The notes: a model not told the origin generated them from the letters alone. Counted from the first letter of the stretch, positions 24,401-37,735 are shown. The stretch is 64,000 nucleotides of DNA from Azolla caroliniana (GCA_043228905.1 JBHGNT010000003.1:24676001-24740000); one strand, 5' to 3'. Translations and numbers: made by a program.

Positions 24401-26036
24401 ACATTTACAAGCAAAAAGATCAGATATAGACAGTGAACATGGCGAGGAGTCAAAGTCATTAGTAAAGGATCATACCAACTTGCAATACATACAGTCAGAA
24501 ACTCAAAAACCAGATATAGAAACTGAACAAGGTGGACAGTCGAAATCCCTAGCGAAGGACCACAACATGCCATTTTTAAACGTAGAAAACTCAAATGTCA
24601 ATCACAAATCTGTCCCTAGAGTGGGAGTCATGAATGCTGGACTTGGGGATGGAGCACTACCAGCAGAATTCTACCATTATTACTACGGGAGCAGTGTGGA
24701 TATGGGTGCACTCATCGAGGTATTTCTTTGTGCAGATGTGTTGTCTTATGGGCAGATTCTTCCAAGATTAATAAGTGACTTGAGTTGGAAACGGGGTTGG
24801 CCTAGAATTTTAATTGGTTGTCCTTAACATAGAAAGTTCCATAGGGACTAGAGACTATATAAACATTTAGGCACTTATATTATAGACTTTATTGGAATCT
24901 CATCTCGGAACTGAAGTCACCCCAGTCCTTATAGGAATCCCAAGGATTCTGTGGACACTGGCCAGTTTAATTTCTCTATAACTAGTTACTGAACATTGTT
25001 TGCAGTGTTATTTGTATCCCAACAAGGAGACTCATCCCTCTTCACTAGGGCTTTGGGCTGTTAAGAAACCTTCAATTGAAAAATCCAAGCTTCCAAGCAA
25101 TCAGCAATTCGGTATAAATTTGTGAACCCTTCTTGGTCATGGCTCACAAGATCGGCTGTATAAAAGAGAAATATAGGCAAAATATTTGTTTAACGAGTAA
25201 TTTTGATGGTTAAGCCTGAGGTGAACAAGTGACAACAATGTAAAGTGTGCACAACTGTACCATACGATAAGCTTTATGCAATAAGAGGGTAGACAACTTT
25301 TGAAGCAATGATTTTTTTCATGTTTAGACATGTAGGTTGTATATCTTTAAAATGATTCTAATGTATGAAGTTTAAATGGCTACTTTTAAAATTAGTTTTG
25401 AAACAAGATCATAGGGCAAACTAAGGGATTTTGAGGGCTGGCCAACTTTAAAAGTATTGTATTATTTGGGTTAATAAACTTTTATAGTTTTTATCCTAGT
25501 AGTGAAATTAAGCACCTGAGACATTTTTTTGTTTAGTTGAACCCAAACATTTGCATTATTTGATGTTATGAATGTGAGATTCTTGCATTATTTTCTTCAT
25601 TCATCCCGTCAAGGTGGTTCTCAACTTTTGTTCACTTGGAAGAATCCAAAGTACAAGATTCTATAGAATAATGCCTTGAAAGCAATAGAAACTCCACCTT
25701 GTTTTGTTATCCTTCTGGCTTTAAAATGTCCACATTCCACCATTTTTGAACGACTTACATAGAAATTACACTGAACTTGCATCATTTCTGGTATGTCCTG
25801 TAGGTGCGAAGATTATGGGACACTTTTATTCTACCTGGTGGAAGGTGAGTGAATTTTAATCCTTTGATGGAAAAAATGGAGGCTTTTTCGTTGTATAGAA
25901 ACTGACTACAATAATCTTATTTTTCTATTACAGTCGTATACCTGGTCATTGGGTGGAGCCACCTCCACCAGCTGATCAAGTATGGGCATCTTGTGTAGTA
26001 ATGGACGATGGACAACAATATAATAAGTCACACTGA
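21460..26036 (+). CDS. SNRNP59: U11/U12 small nuclear ribonucleoprotein 59 kDa protein (PDCD7-like), ~453 aa, 8 exons
   Basis: Exons 21460-21617, 22110-22464 (GC donor), 23319-23402, 23549-23614, 23704-23776, 24238-24719, 25804-25844, 25934-26036 in phase; motifs ADEWRAREIAK, ELVLIVEKLQELREIRIQKLKKQG, FPEEDNRFMERVKAAVEEEE, LPAEFYHYYYGS, GGSRIPGHWVEPPPPADQVWASC. Confidence 0.93.
23767..24130. repeat. 183-bp tandem duplication spanning the exon 5 donor of U11/U12-59K
   Basis: Copies start AAGAAGCAGGGTTTGGAC (23767) and AAGAAGCAAGGTTTGGAC (23950). Confidence 0.92.
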
Positions 26037-26249
26037 CACAATTGTTGCACATAAAGAGTTAATGGAGCAATCTCAAACTTGTATATATACCATGAGTGAT
26101 GGATTATTTTACATGCTGAAAGCGTGGTGGCAGGCAGTGTGTTTATGTGTTGGATATCTCTGTTGATAATTGATGCCAATGAAATAATTGGTGCCCAGTA
26201 TTGCTAGCTAAAGTTAAGCTTGATGCTCCTTGTTTGTATATATGCGTGG

Positions 26250-27110
26250 AAAGCTTCAAAATGGCTTTTGCACATTCATGATGATATGGATATAAGTGAT
26301 GGCATGGATAAAAGTTGCCGGAATTTGTTCATTCACTGGTTTTACTGCTCCTCAATGCCTAGTTATATCAAGAAAAATGATAAACGACCCCACCTAGTCC
26401 AAATGCTAGGATAATGTACAGATCGATTTTTTCCCCCACATTATCAACAACATGATGATATGACCTTTATCGCCTTAGAGGTTGGTGTCAAGCTCATATG
26501 CACTTCATTTTCAAACTTTGAAACTTAGTCTTTATAAGTTGTGTTATAATTTAATGGGCTGTTTTTTGGTTCTTATAAACCAAGGAAAGGTAAATGGTTA
26601 CTATCAATTTGGTCATAGTTATCCAAATTGGTGTGGGTCACTGCACATATATTGGAACTCTTGGCAGATGATAATTCTAGGCATAACTTTGTCATGCGTG
26701 ATCAATTGCATTAATAAGGACAACTGGAATACCTTGATGAAAAGCCTCAAGCCTGAGGCCCAAGGATTGAACATCAATGCTATGACGTTCATACAACTTC
26801 TAAATATAATTTTTGATGGTATAAAGTCTATAGTTTTGGCCATATTGGAAACAGCAAGTATTTATAAAATGCACCAAGAGGACATTGTAGCCAAAGTCCA
26901 AGATTTGCCATTATGTTCTCAAGTTTGTGATTGTTCAAGGAGTGGGTGGGGGTGGAATGTTTAGTGGAAAATCAAGAGACAAAACAATGTTCTCATTACC
27001 ACAAGATGTATGAGAGAGGTGGTCGCCTTGGGAGTGGGATGGTTGTAAAACGTGTGCCGGATGATAAGAAGAAGATGTCTTCTTGATTTGATGGAAAGAC
27101 CTTGAGAGAG
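26250..27110 (+). pseudogene. Probable decayed PLS-class PPR gene fragment
   Basis: Fragmentary readings YPNWCGSL (cf. MYAKCGSL), QGLNINAMTFIQLLN (cf. EGxxPNxVTFxxLL) and HDDMTFIAL; many stops and frameshifts. Confidence 0.4.
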
Positions 27111-27276
27111 TATGCAAGTAGGCAGGGGCCCAAAATCTCATTACATTCGTCTTTATCTTGCATATAAGTGGTTCTCATTCTTTACACACACTCAAAATCC
27201 TTTTCCAAATTCAGTGTGAGCAGAGAAAAGCCTTGGCATAGATATTCATATAGCACAAGACAAAGAGAGCAAGATC

Positions 27277-29410
27277 ATGAAGGCTAAATCCTGTTGCTCA
27301 GTACCCCCTCTGTCTCTTCCTCTTCCACCTCTCCCTTCTTCTAGGGTTCCTGTCTCAAGCTCTCAGCATGCTATCATCCTTCAACATAGCTACACAAACA
27401 CAAACAGAAGCAGAAGAAGCTTGGTAAACCTTCGCTGTGGTTATCAACGGAAAGAGTGGAACCCTAATCCTGAAGTGGATACCCGCATCCATTGGAACTC
27501 TCCTGATGAAGGATGGATCTCGTCTTCTTCTTCTTCATCATCACCCTCTTCCTCTTCAACAAGTAGTAAATCTTCTTCTGCTCTCGACGACATTGTCTCA
27601 GATCTCGTCTCACAAGCATCTGATTCTCACTACGAGTAAGAAAGAAATATTAACGTCTTCTAAGGAAAATAATTACTTTCCTTCTTCCTCTTTGAACTTT
27701 TGTTTGATTTTCGTATACGTTTGCTTTTAAATGGAAGAAGTCAACTATATTAGACTGAATGTTTACTCCTCTAATGCACATGAGGAATCAATGGTATCGA
27801 TAATACCTCAGATTTATTGATTCTGCTACAATTATGCTTAAAAGTTTAGGACATGGGCTTTCCTTTCCTGTGAATGGGAGGTTGGGTGCACGTTTTCAAG
27901 TAAAGTTTTTCCTTTTTCATGTATATGGCGAATGATGAATCAACTACTCAAATTTCCTTCAGATTCATTGCATTCCTTGCAATTAAGCCCAAATTTCTGA
28001 AATTGACCTTTGCTTGATGTTTGAGTAATGTCACACATCGTATGGCATATGCATCACAAGATATGGGCTTGTTAGAACCACTCTGTACCATTAATGGCCA
28101 TTGGAACCTTTTAGAGAGTAAATAGTTGTTAGGACCTTCGAGAAAGTTAATGGTCATTGGCGAAGAGATTCTTCTTTAAAAGATTCTAGAGAGAAAATCA
28201 CCATCCGTGTCCTTTCAGAATACTTCAGGAACAAGTTGAAGATTGATGTGCATGATTGTGAATAGTGGCACAGATAGCACATATCTCATTCATAGTTTGA
28301 TATTTATTGCTCGATATGAATGTTGCTCATGACACATGAATTATATAATTTTTATCAGCTTGTATGGTGAGATGTTACAAGGCCCACTTCCTTCCGTTAT
28401 ATGTGATGTTACAAGGATCCGTCTATATAGACTTAAATGTCATTAAACTCTTATTACTGAGCACCAGTCATAAAGCATTTTTTCTATTTTACCTACCTAA
28501 TGCTCAAGCTTGGGTATTATGAGACCATTCATATCCTTTTAAGCAATACCAGGCATATGATTGTAGGGGTTCACTAGAATATACATCATCTGGAGCATAC
28601 TTATTATGAGTAATTGACCTCCATGTTATTATTATGCATGTTTGATGATGCGGGCAAGCTAACTAGGGAAGTTTTCATTACATTTTTTTTACCAAAATGT
28701 GAAAGTAGCATCTTGTCTTGGTGGTATTATTTGTGAATAGCGGTAAAGTTCTCTACCATATTTCTGCTCAACTGTTTCTGGCTCTTTCTTTCTCGTCTTT
28801 GTTTCTTGATTTGGTGTTGAGAAGCTATTGTAGTTCTTGAAAAGTCCAGATGGTGGTAACTATGGGTACGTTCTTTCTTCTAAGCATAGGTCTGGGGAAA
28901 ATGGAAACACCAAGCTGTCACCAAGAAGTGTTACTTGTGAATAAGATATAACCATTGTTCAAGTGTTTTCTCAGTTCTCTATTATTTTCTAGGTTCTTGG
29001 GCGTGCCTACAGATGCTGATGGGGAAAGAATCAAGGCGTCTTATCGGAAGCTATCTAAGCTTTATCATCCTGATACGACGACCTTGCCACTAGAAGTAGC
29101 TGCAAAACAGTTCTTAAGGCTACAAGAGGCATATGATGTTCTTAGTAGTATTGAGGAACGTCGATTTTATGACTGGAATCTTGCACAGGAAGTCTCTCGG
29201 CAACAAGGTGGCGGATTTGTATGGCCCTATGAAGTTGATCAAACACAAAAAAGTGTAGGTTCCCAAATAAGATATGCAACTAAGGATACCAGCACAGACA
29301 GTGAATATGTAGAGTTCACTGGTCAAATTTGGGCAGCACTTCTTTTTGATGCATTTGCCTTACTGGTTGCAATTCTCACTGCTGTGTATGTTGCATTCTT
29401 TAAAAATTGA
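27277..29410 (+). CDS. NDHT: NAD(P)H-quinone oxidoreductase subunit T, chloroplastic (J-domain protein CRRJ), 258 aa, 2 exons
   Basis: Exons 27277-27635 and 28993-29410; Ser-rich transit-peptide-like N-terminus, VDTRIHWNSPDEGWI, DSHYEFLG, J-domain YHPD, RRFYDWNLAQE, C-terminal TM helix AALLFD...FFKN. Confidence 0.93.
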
Positions 29411-29929
29411 GCCTTTTGTGTATATATAAGAAATAGCTGTATATTATCTTATTGCTGTACATGTTGGGAAAATAGACTTCTCACTTGAAACCTAAGCGTT
29501 TGAAGACAAGCATGTATAATATTGAGATATATAGAGAAGTTAGTGGATACAGATTGAGGTTGCATTCTCTCTTTATTCATTATTGAAGCTGCCATTTTTT
29601 CAGTCTGAGAAAATAATTAAATTCTGACAAGCAGTATGAGCAAAATAATTGACTCGAATGAAGGGACAAATGTCCGCAAAATCGTTTGCAAGGTTTTGTC
29701 AGTGCATATTATAACGTTTAGAAACTAATTCCATTGATCATCGGTATAGCCCATATGTGCAAAACAAATACGAGGTTTCAAATATGAGGATTTCTATGAA
29801 CTTGAGTGGACAAAGCAAGAAATGACTACAAAATCCTTGTTGAGTTTTTGTCACCTCACTTTTAGTGCACAAAGCAAGCAATGACGACAAAATGCTCTGT
29901 GAGTTTTTGTAACCCCACCTTTAGTGCAC

Positions 29930-30420
29930 ATCTCAAGGTTTGCACATTGTTTTCATCACTAATATGTAGTCAGTGTGATTTGTCAAATTGGTATTGTCTA
30001 ATTCTATCAATCAAAGCAACAAGCTATGAGCGAAGCACATGGTGGCTTGATTGCAAAGGGTTTCTCCTTGTTTTCTTACAATACATATCTTGTATTCTAT
30101 GGGATGGGGATCCTAGGTTCCCAACTTTCCAAATGGGTAAGCATGGGGTGTGACTTTGATGGGGTTGTTAAATGTAGTGTCGTTTTTTCTTGTGATAGGG
30201 AGCTTTTAGAAGTTTATATTTTTCTTGTGCATGTCCCACACATCCATAACAATCCATGACCATTGATACCCATCCATTCCAAGTGCAGCCATGCATCAAA
30301 AGTCTTAGTCATAAACTCACACCCCAAATTAAGAAGCTTGATTGCAAAAGGAAATTCCCCATTAACCTCAATGTAATGTTTCAGCTTTTAAAACCAATGC
30401 TTGACCGTTGTTGTGCATAA
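29930..30420 (-). mobile_element. Possible decayed gypsy integrase fragment
   Basis: Minus-strand PFGKLGT*DP resembles PFEKWGIDxxGP, preceded by a W...D...C-like segment; very eroded. Confidence 0.3.
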
Positions 30421-30577
30421 TATACTTGTTACAGGTGATGCAAACACGGTAACACCTAGTAAATCATTTAAGCTGAGCGATCATCAACCTACCAATTATG
30501 AATCTCACAACCAAAATTTGATGTTAACAACAAGTGATGATGACATGGATAAAATCATATCCTTAGAACTTTTGGGA

Positions 30578-31058
30578 TGTTTTACTTGGTTTCTTAGAGG
30601 CACAATCCCCCTTCTAGTAAACCCTTTGCCAAATCTTTAGCCTCTTGAACAAAGCCATGATAAACTAAGATATGAGATATACTCTATGATTTTAGCTAAT
30701 ATTAGACTAGAAATGTTAGAGTTATGATCCAATGTAAGCATATGATAAGGATAAAAGATAGATAAAATAAGAAAGGAGAGAGAGAAAGAAGGATGCCAAT
30801 CCACCTGACCACCCCTGAGCAAAGGGATCGAGACGGACTCGAGCCTCAATCGACGTCCCATACCACCGTTGTGACGTCGAGTCGTATTTGGTGTTGGCGC
30901 ACTCGCTACAAGAGTTGACCCACCACGAAACAGAGTCTCAATGTAGTCAAGAGATGATGAAACGAGGGTAGCTAGGCCTCATATTTATAGCCAGACCTAA
31001 GGCCCCCATGCAAGTTCACACTTGGCCTCATGGGTTGTCTCAATCCCGAGGATTAAAA
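30578..31058 (-). mobile_element. LTR-like fragment or solo LTR
   Basis: CpG-richer island bounded by TGT...ACA with CTATAAATA on the minus strand (~30982-30990); no matching target-site duplication found. Confidence 0.35.
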
Positions 31059-31139
31059 GTAATAATCCCCTTCTTTACACTCTCGTTTAACCCTCGCACT
31101 TTATCCACGTGTATAGAATACTACGGTAAATTCTCACCA

Positions 31140-31930
31140 CGGGATATTATATGGTCATTTGCCTGTAACAAGAAAATTCTTATGCTACTAGAAATCGTGT
31201 GTGTCATTCTCTCCATAGAAGCAATCAAGCCCATAGTGATTTCAATGGTAGCTTTGAGCTTCCTTTCCTCGAGAAAGAACCTCTTCTCAGCTAATTTTAC
31301 TTCTTTTTCTATCGTCTAAGGAGATCTTGCGCTCAGCAAATGCAGTCCATGTTTTTTCGAGATTGTGAACCTTCAGATACTTTCATCAGGGTAGTACTAG
31401 CAGTAGTATCCACACCTTGTTTCATATGTTCTACCTTTATCGGATTGGTTACCAATCGCTATGGAAGAAGCCACATTCCTCCTCTTAGGTGACAAAATAG
31501 GCCCCTGATCATCATCATCATCATTATCAAGCTTGGTGCCGGAGTCATTCAACTCCTGAAATGACTGCTATCATCAACGACAAAGATCACAAAAGTTATG
31601 TATGGCTGAAAACACTGGCTCGAAAGGACAGGTTGCTGGAGTGTATACATTCGTTTGTCACCATGAAGCTGAAATTTATGAGTGTTCGGAATGATCTCGA
31701 ACCTTTAGTCAAGTTAGAGGCGATGGTTATTGCTTCCAAAGCGCCAATGGAGAGCAGAGAATGCATCGCTGTTGTGACACATCTATCTTCCATGCATGAA
31801 TCTCTAGTCAATTCGGGACGATTATAATGATTCAGAGAGCCAAAGGAGAGGTTGTATCTGTCTTTGCACATCAATCTTCCTTGATACATATGTATCTTCA
31901 GATGATGCGAAACCATATGCACATGTATAT
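31140..31930 (-). pseudogene. Frameshifted Myb/SANT (trihelix or Harbinger ORF-like) remnant
   Basis: VSHHLKIHMYQGRLMCKDRYN resembles the trihelix CKDKWxNL helix; followed by DNDDDDDQGPILSPKRR and coiled-coil IEKEVKLAEKRFFLEERKLKATIEITMGLIASMERM in different frames with stops. Confidence 0.4.
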
Positions 31931-32898
31931 ATGGTCACACTTCTACGGATGAAAAAGGGGCGGGTCATTGGAAATTCGCTTCTACAATAAGCACAACAGT
32001 ACATATTGAAACGCTTATTGAATAGCCTAACGGCTTCACATTTAAAAGAACATATTTTAATCTTGTAGCATCTTTTTGTAACAGAATTTGATGGTCAGCA
32101 TTTAGAATGGTGGGGAGATGCATTCCTCTTCTGTGATACTATCTAGCAGGAAATGAGCCTATTGACAATCTCAAGATCTTTTTGTAGTCATTCTGAGGTG
32201 TAGGTAATAATCATCAACATCTTTGCAACAAAGAACATACATCTCACCCTACCACCGTATGAGAAATAGCAAGAGCATAACATAGCTTTTGAGACATCAT
32301 TATAATATATGCACAGAAAATGCAGCCGCTGTGCTCCACTTGAAAATTCACAAAGATTGATACCTTCCAAGAAGAATGTAGGAGAACAAAGATGCAAGCA
32401 TGAATTCGATACATGATCAAATCATTGAAAATGTGTTCAAAGAAACAAAAGCAGCATACAGAATTGTTGTTAAAAAGGTTTACTAAGATTATCTTAGAAA
32501 TTAAGCGATGAATCAGAGTATGAATTATGTTTACAAACTGGCTGCTTGTTGAAGATTCTGGAGCTTCATGCAGCTAATGAATCAAAGTTTGTAAAGCTGC
32601 TGGTATTTTTTATCTACCAGAATAATGGAATCTTCCTATCAACATATTACATATACATTTACAAATCCCATTGATGGGTTCCCGATGAAATCTTGACTAC
32701 CTGACTATTGATACAGCCCACCACTACCAAAATGGTAAACCTCCAGTATCTTTTGCTTGCCATTTGCAAAAGATTGTAGATATATTTATATATACAAAAG
32801 AGAACCTTATTCTGCATGATAACTTTGATCTCTGGGTTTCCTTTTCACCTGGTGAGGAATTGATCATGCAATGGTGTATATATGTGTATATAAGCCTT

Positions 32899-35662
32899 CT
32901 ATGATGGTCGTGCACTCTTGCTTCTTTTCTTCCGACGAGGATGAGAATCAATGGAGCATGACATTGCTTCTAGTAGTGACAAATCTTCTTCAAATGTTAA
33001 AATCTTGACTGCATCGGGATTATCCAATAACAATTTGGATAGTAAAAACCCTGCAATTGTCCATGTTTGGAATTGCCTAGCTTGCTTTCCTATAAGTCTA
33101 CCTGTTCGGGTATCATAATATTCAGGCCAATTGTCTCTTGGAAGCCGCTTTTCAGCAACTTGTAGAGCTTTTTTGGCAAGGTCCGCTCTTCCCACTTTCA
33201 AGCAAGCAACAGTGAACTGCAAAAAATACGGATATATCAGTATATACATGCAGGTGCCTTCAAATATAAATTGATACTTCCTCACTGAGATGGTTCTTTG
33301 TAACTGCAATTGATGCTTTTCAAACAGACATTATTGATTTCTAACTAAATTTGTTCCTTTTTAGCAGATATTTGTTATTTTGTGGCAGGCCTTGTTGCTC
33401 TCTTACAGAAACTAATCTCTTTTTAGTTTGGAAATAGTTCATCATCCAAAGTGATCAAGAAAAACTTCAACGGTTTTATGCATCCTCTCACCTGCCATAG
33501 AAGAGTAGGCCAGGAGCCCCCATTGTGATAAGACCACGGCCTGCACGAAATCAGAGTTTCTGTCATGTAAAGGCATAATTGATTTTTCGTTTTTAATTCC
33601 AAAGAAACCTATAGAACCTGAATTCAAAGGCATAATTTTGTTTCCCTTTTTACCGAAGGAATCCATCCCCCAAAGATAAATGCAGATGAAAAAGTTTTCT
33701 TATGAGGAAAAGCACAAGTATCAGTCATACGTGTTCTTTGGATCGCTTCCAGTGATGATACGCCATTCATCATATTCAAGTGCTGGAAAAGCAATTTTTA
33801 AAGGCATCTTGCCAATAAGATCATTCCACTTTTCTTCTATCAGATTCAATATTCCTTCTGATTGCTCAGCAGATACGAGAGACCCAGAAATCGCCCATAA
33901 ATTTCCAAGAGAAAAGAACCTAAAATCCATGTGTGCAGGTTGCAAATTCCCTATTAAGTACCCTCCATTTTCTGGCATCCAATCACTCAACCAAATGGGA
34001 ATTTGTTCAGGGTATATATTGAACTTGTTCACGGCTTCATGTGAATACTCCTCTGTCTTGTATCTATATATTTCGTTCAGTTTTCTCATGTCTATCCAAT
34101 AGTGCTCCCGAATATGATATGAAAGAGCACTCAACCTTGCATTCACTGCTCTGAGAAGATCAGTAACACCATCTTCAGGTATTAGAATCTCTCTTGCAGA
34201 TCGGAGGGCTGAGTAGAATAATGACTGTTTAAGCAAAAGTTTGCAGAAAAGTTGTTATTATAATCAATAATAAAAGAAACAGTTACATAATGCAATATAT
34301 TTATGAAAATTAATTCATATGGATACCTGAATTTCAAGCGGATGTCCATGTATGCCCATTCGACGATCAATCATGCATGATCCATCTGTCACCAAAAGAG
34401 TTGGAAACATATCAAACCCATCTGTTAAACACAATTGCAGAATGAGCTTCATCCCTGTTTGAACATCAACACGTTCAAGCAATGCATAGTCTCCTGTATA
34501 CTTGCAATAAGCTCTGAGGAGAATAATCCACCACAATCCTGATGCACAAATGAGCTCAATTAATGAATTGAGATAAAATAAGAGAACTACCAAGGTTGAT
34601 GTAGGATTTGAGACATTATTTACACATTTTAGTACCTGAATCAACAGGTGCTACACGGCCGATTGCTGCTTCTCCAAAATCTGGATCTAAGACATCCTCA
34701 GTAGCACCGTCAGAATCTTCCACAAATACAGTTTTCACTTTGAAGCTTGCAGGCATGAGACCTCTTCCAGGACTATAGCAATCAACTGTTTTCTCCCAAC
34801 TCTGAAATGACCACATAAGATAGAACCAAAGAAGTTAAAAAACCCACTGGATCCAATTTAACATCTGGTAGCAAAAAATATGGAGAAACACCAATGTACC
34901 TAGACTAGATACAACACAAAATGAATAAAAGCAATTGTGTATCGCAATTAATCAGTTGAGAGTTACCTGTAATTGAAGCGTGTGGAGCAAAAAATTCCGG
35001 ACTATATCAGGTTCCCCATTGAGCAGAAAGGCTAATGCTGAAGGAACAAAGTCGCGTACAAAAACTTGATCATAGTTTAGAGGAGCAGAATCACTGGGAT
35101 CACTAGCTGCAACAGTTCCCACAGGATTTCCACAATAATTCACCACAGAGTGTCTTAACAGAGTCCAAGCTTCTTCCTCAACTTTTTTTTCTATTGTCAC
35201 ATTCTTCTCTACAAGAATTTTTTCAATTAAAGTCCCTTCAGCACGAGCTTTCTCTGATGTAGGAGGAATATTGACCATAACAGATTCTCCTTGGATCCAT
35301 AGTGGATTTACAGACACACTCGGGAGATAAAAGCTTTCCGTGAGTGACTCACCCCCAACTGTGAGATTTATGCGTTCTAGGTCATTCAATGAGCTTGAAT
35401 AAGCATTCGCATTTATACTTCCTTGATCAGCTTCACACCTTACACCTGGACATTTATTATGTGATTGATTTCTTGAATTCCTCCTCTGAACTGCTAGTGG
35501 CAACTTGCCCCGATGAAGAAAAACTCGTATGGAACTACTATATGAGGACTTGCAAGAGATGACAACCCTCACATGTCTAGATCCTTGTGGAAGAAAATAG
35601 TAGGCCACTGATGTCCTCCCAAACTTTGAGGTAGCATTGGGGGAAGGAAGAGAGATGTTCAT
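32899..35662 (-). CDS. A/N-Inv: Alkaline/neutral invertase (GH100), organelle-targeted alpha-type, ~644 aa, 6 coding exons
   Basis: Exons 35662-34967, 34801-34636, 34538-34327, 34224-33731, 33540-33492, 33216-32899 in phase; [107 protein letters not shown]; long Ser/Arg-rich N-extension. Confidence 0.96.
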
Positions 35663-36243
35663 TGTAAGAATGATGCCTGTTTGTGATCAGAACACAAGAA
35701 ATTCATGGTTAACGTTCTGTATGATTCAGCGAGTCGGTAAAAGTTACAAACTTTCACAAAGAAATGATGCCTCGTTGACAGTATAGAAGAAAGAAAAAAT
35801 CTTGATTTACCAGAAACAATATGCGTGTTAGCTGTTTGCAATTAACATGTAAGAAATCAATAAAATATTTTGTAGAAAAACAGTTCACAGAAGTGCAAGA
35901 TTAAACAAGACTGACGCTGATACCTTCAGCTAAATGGAAAAAAAGATGTCATATTTAAGAATATGTACAAGATAGATGCTAACTTCCCCGTTCAGGAATA
36001 CAAAATACAGTCACTTGCAGTCAGCTGTAAACAAAGCACCAGATTGAAGTGAAAACTCAGGTCTCCAAGACCTTAAGCTACAGACTTTTCTTGGCCTCAA
36101 TGACAGAAAATTAAAAAACAAGGACATTTTCCATTTAGATGTGCAAAATACAGTCCTGTCCAACAAGATTGAACTACAGTCTTGTCCAACAACAAGAATC
36201 AATTTCACTTTCCAAAATTCCAAGTTTTAGCAAGATAATTTAG

Positions 36244-36551
36244 TGAATGTGCACAAATGTTAAAGGTCTTTCTTTCAGAAAAGCATAATACAGGCTGCTA
36301 AAGCCCAAAAAGCTAGATTAATGCAAAAAAACTTTGCACAAGGACCAAATTATACAAGAATCAAGATAGAATCAAATATTGATCTTCATGGAAACTTGAA
36401 TGTGCACAAATGTTAAAGGTCTTTCTTTCAGAAAAGCATAATACAGGCTGCTAAAGCCCAAAAAGCTAGATTAATGTAAAAAACTTTGCACAAGGACCAA
36501 ATTATACAAGAATCAAGATAGAATCAAATATTGATCTTCATGGAAACTTGA
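36244..36551. repeat. 153-bp near-perfect tandem duplication upstream of the invertase ATG
   Basis: Copies start TGAATGTGCACAAATG at 36244 and 36397; one substitution seen. Confidence 0.95.
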
Positions 36552-37589
36552 AAAAACACGCATGAATTGAAAATATGCAGATACAGTCTGCTTTCATTAG
36601 AGAAACACACATAGTGGAAGTCCAAGATTAAGCAGAGTTTCCTGTTCACACATGTAAAACACAGTTTGTTTCCGAGACAAAACTCCAAGAAAATTGAATT
36701 GAAATACTTGACAGAAAAAAACTCGAAGCCAAAACATGTAGTAAAATCGAAAGGTTAAGCAAGTTCCAAATTGCTTCTTTGAAATTTTTATATAGGTAGG
36801 CAAATGACAGTCCTTTGTGAAATTAATGCATCACATTGAATAACAACGGGTAGGAGGGCCATTCGAACTACAGTCTTTGAAAACAAATGCACACCATTTG
36901 GATGGAAACGCTAAGACGAACCAAAACAAATGCAAAAGTGTGCCACAGATCGAAAAGTAACTTTTACGAAAAGCATACAAAAACACACTCTACATTAAAA
37001 TACATGCGTCAGAATCAGCATAAGCATGACATTTAATAGAAACGATCGGTGAGAGAGAACATGCCGACCAGAAGCACAAGATGGATCCAGTTTCATATCC
37101 ATACCTGGAGCTATACGCAAAGTTTCCACCAGATCGCAGCGAAACAGCAAGCAAAAACTATGCGTTTAGAAGAAACTAACTTGATGCGAAGGAGTGAACA
37201 GCAACAACCTTGAAGCGAAACAAGGAACAGAAACGATAGTGGGTCGATACACTGCAGTGATATGAACCAGAATATGGAAAATCGGTGAGTATAAACAAGC
37301 TATCTGTAACGAAATACTGAGAAGGTACAGTCGCGCTGCGAAACACTCAGTAGAAACCAATGATGTTGAAGCGAGACCCTGAACAGATTGAATCAGAAGA
37401 GAAAGTATCAAAACATGGAAGCAAGAAAAGCATCAGCGATCGGATAAAGGATATGGCTAGGGTTCGCGATTGAAAAAAGAGGCTATGAAGGCGAGAATAT
37501 CCAGGTAGAACTTGAGGATCTGCTTGACAGAAGTTTAGGTTTTCTGTGTTCAATACAGATGCGGAAGCGGAAGCGATGGCAGGAGAGAG

Positions 37590-37735
37590 AATTAGGGTTA
37601 ATCGTGAGAGGAAGTTACAAGGACGTTTCTGTCAGGGAGAATATATGGCGATGGAGGGGATTAGGGTTTGGTCGGAGAGGGAATTTAGGGTTCCTGTGTA
37701 GAATTAACACAGAGATAGCAGGAAAATTAGGGCTC
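37590..37735 (-). promoter_or_regulatory. Telo-box (AAACCCTAA) plus related ACCCTAA/CCCTAA copies in the probable invertase 5' leader
   Basis: TTAGGGTTT at 37661-37669; TTAGGG also at ~37592, ~37685, ~37727. Confidence 0.45.

Noticed and set aside
34225-34326. Invertase intron donor GTATCCAT as a U12-type site
   Set aside because: Mismatch at +7 against RTATCCTT, AG|GT context and no convincing U12 branch site
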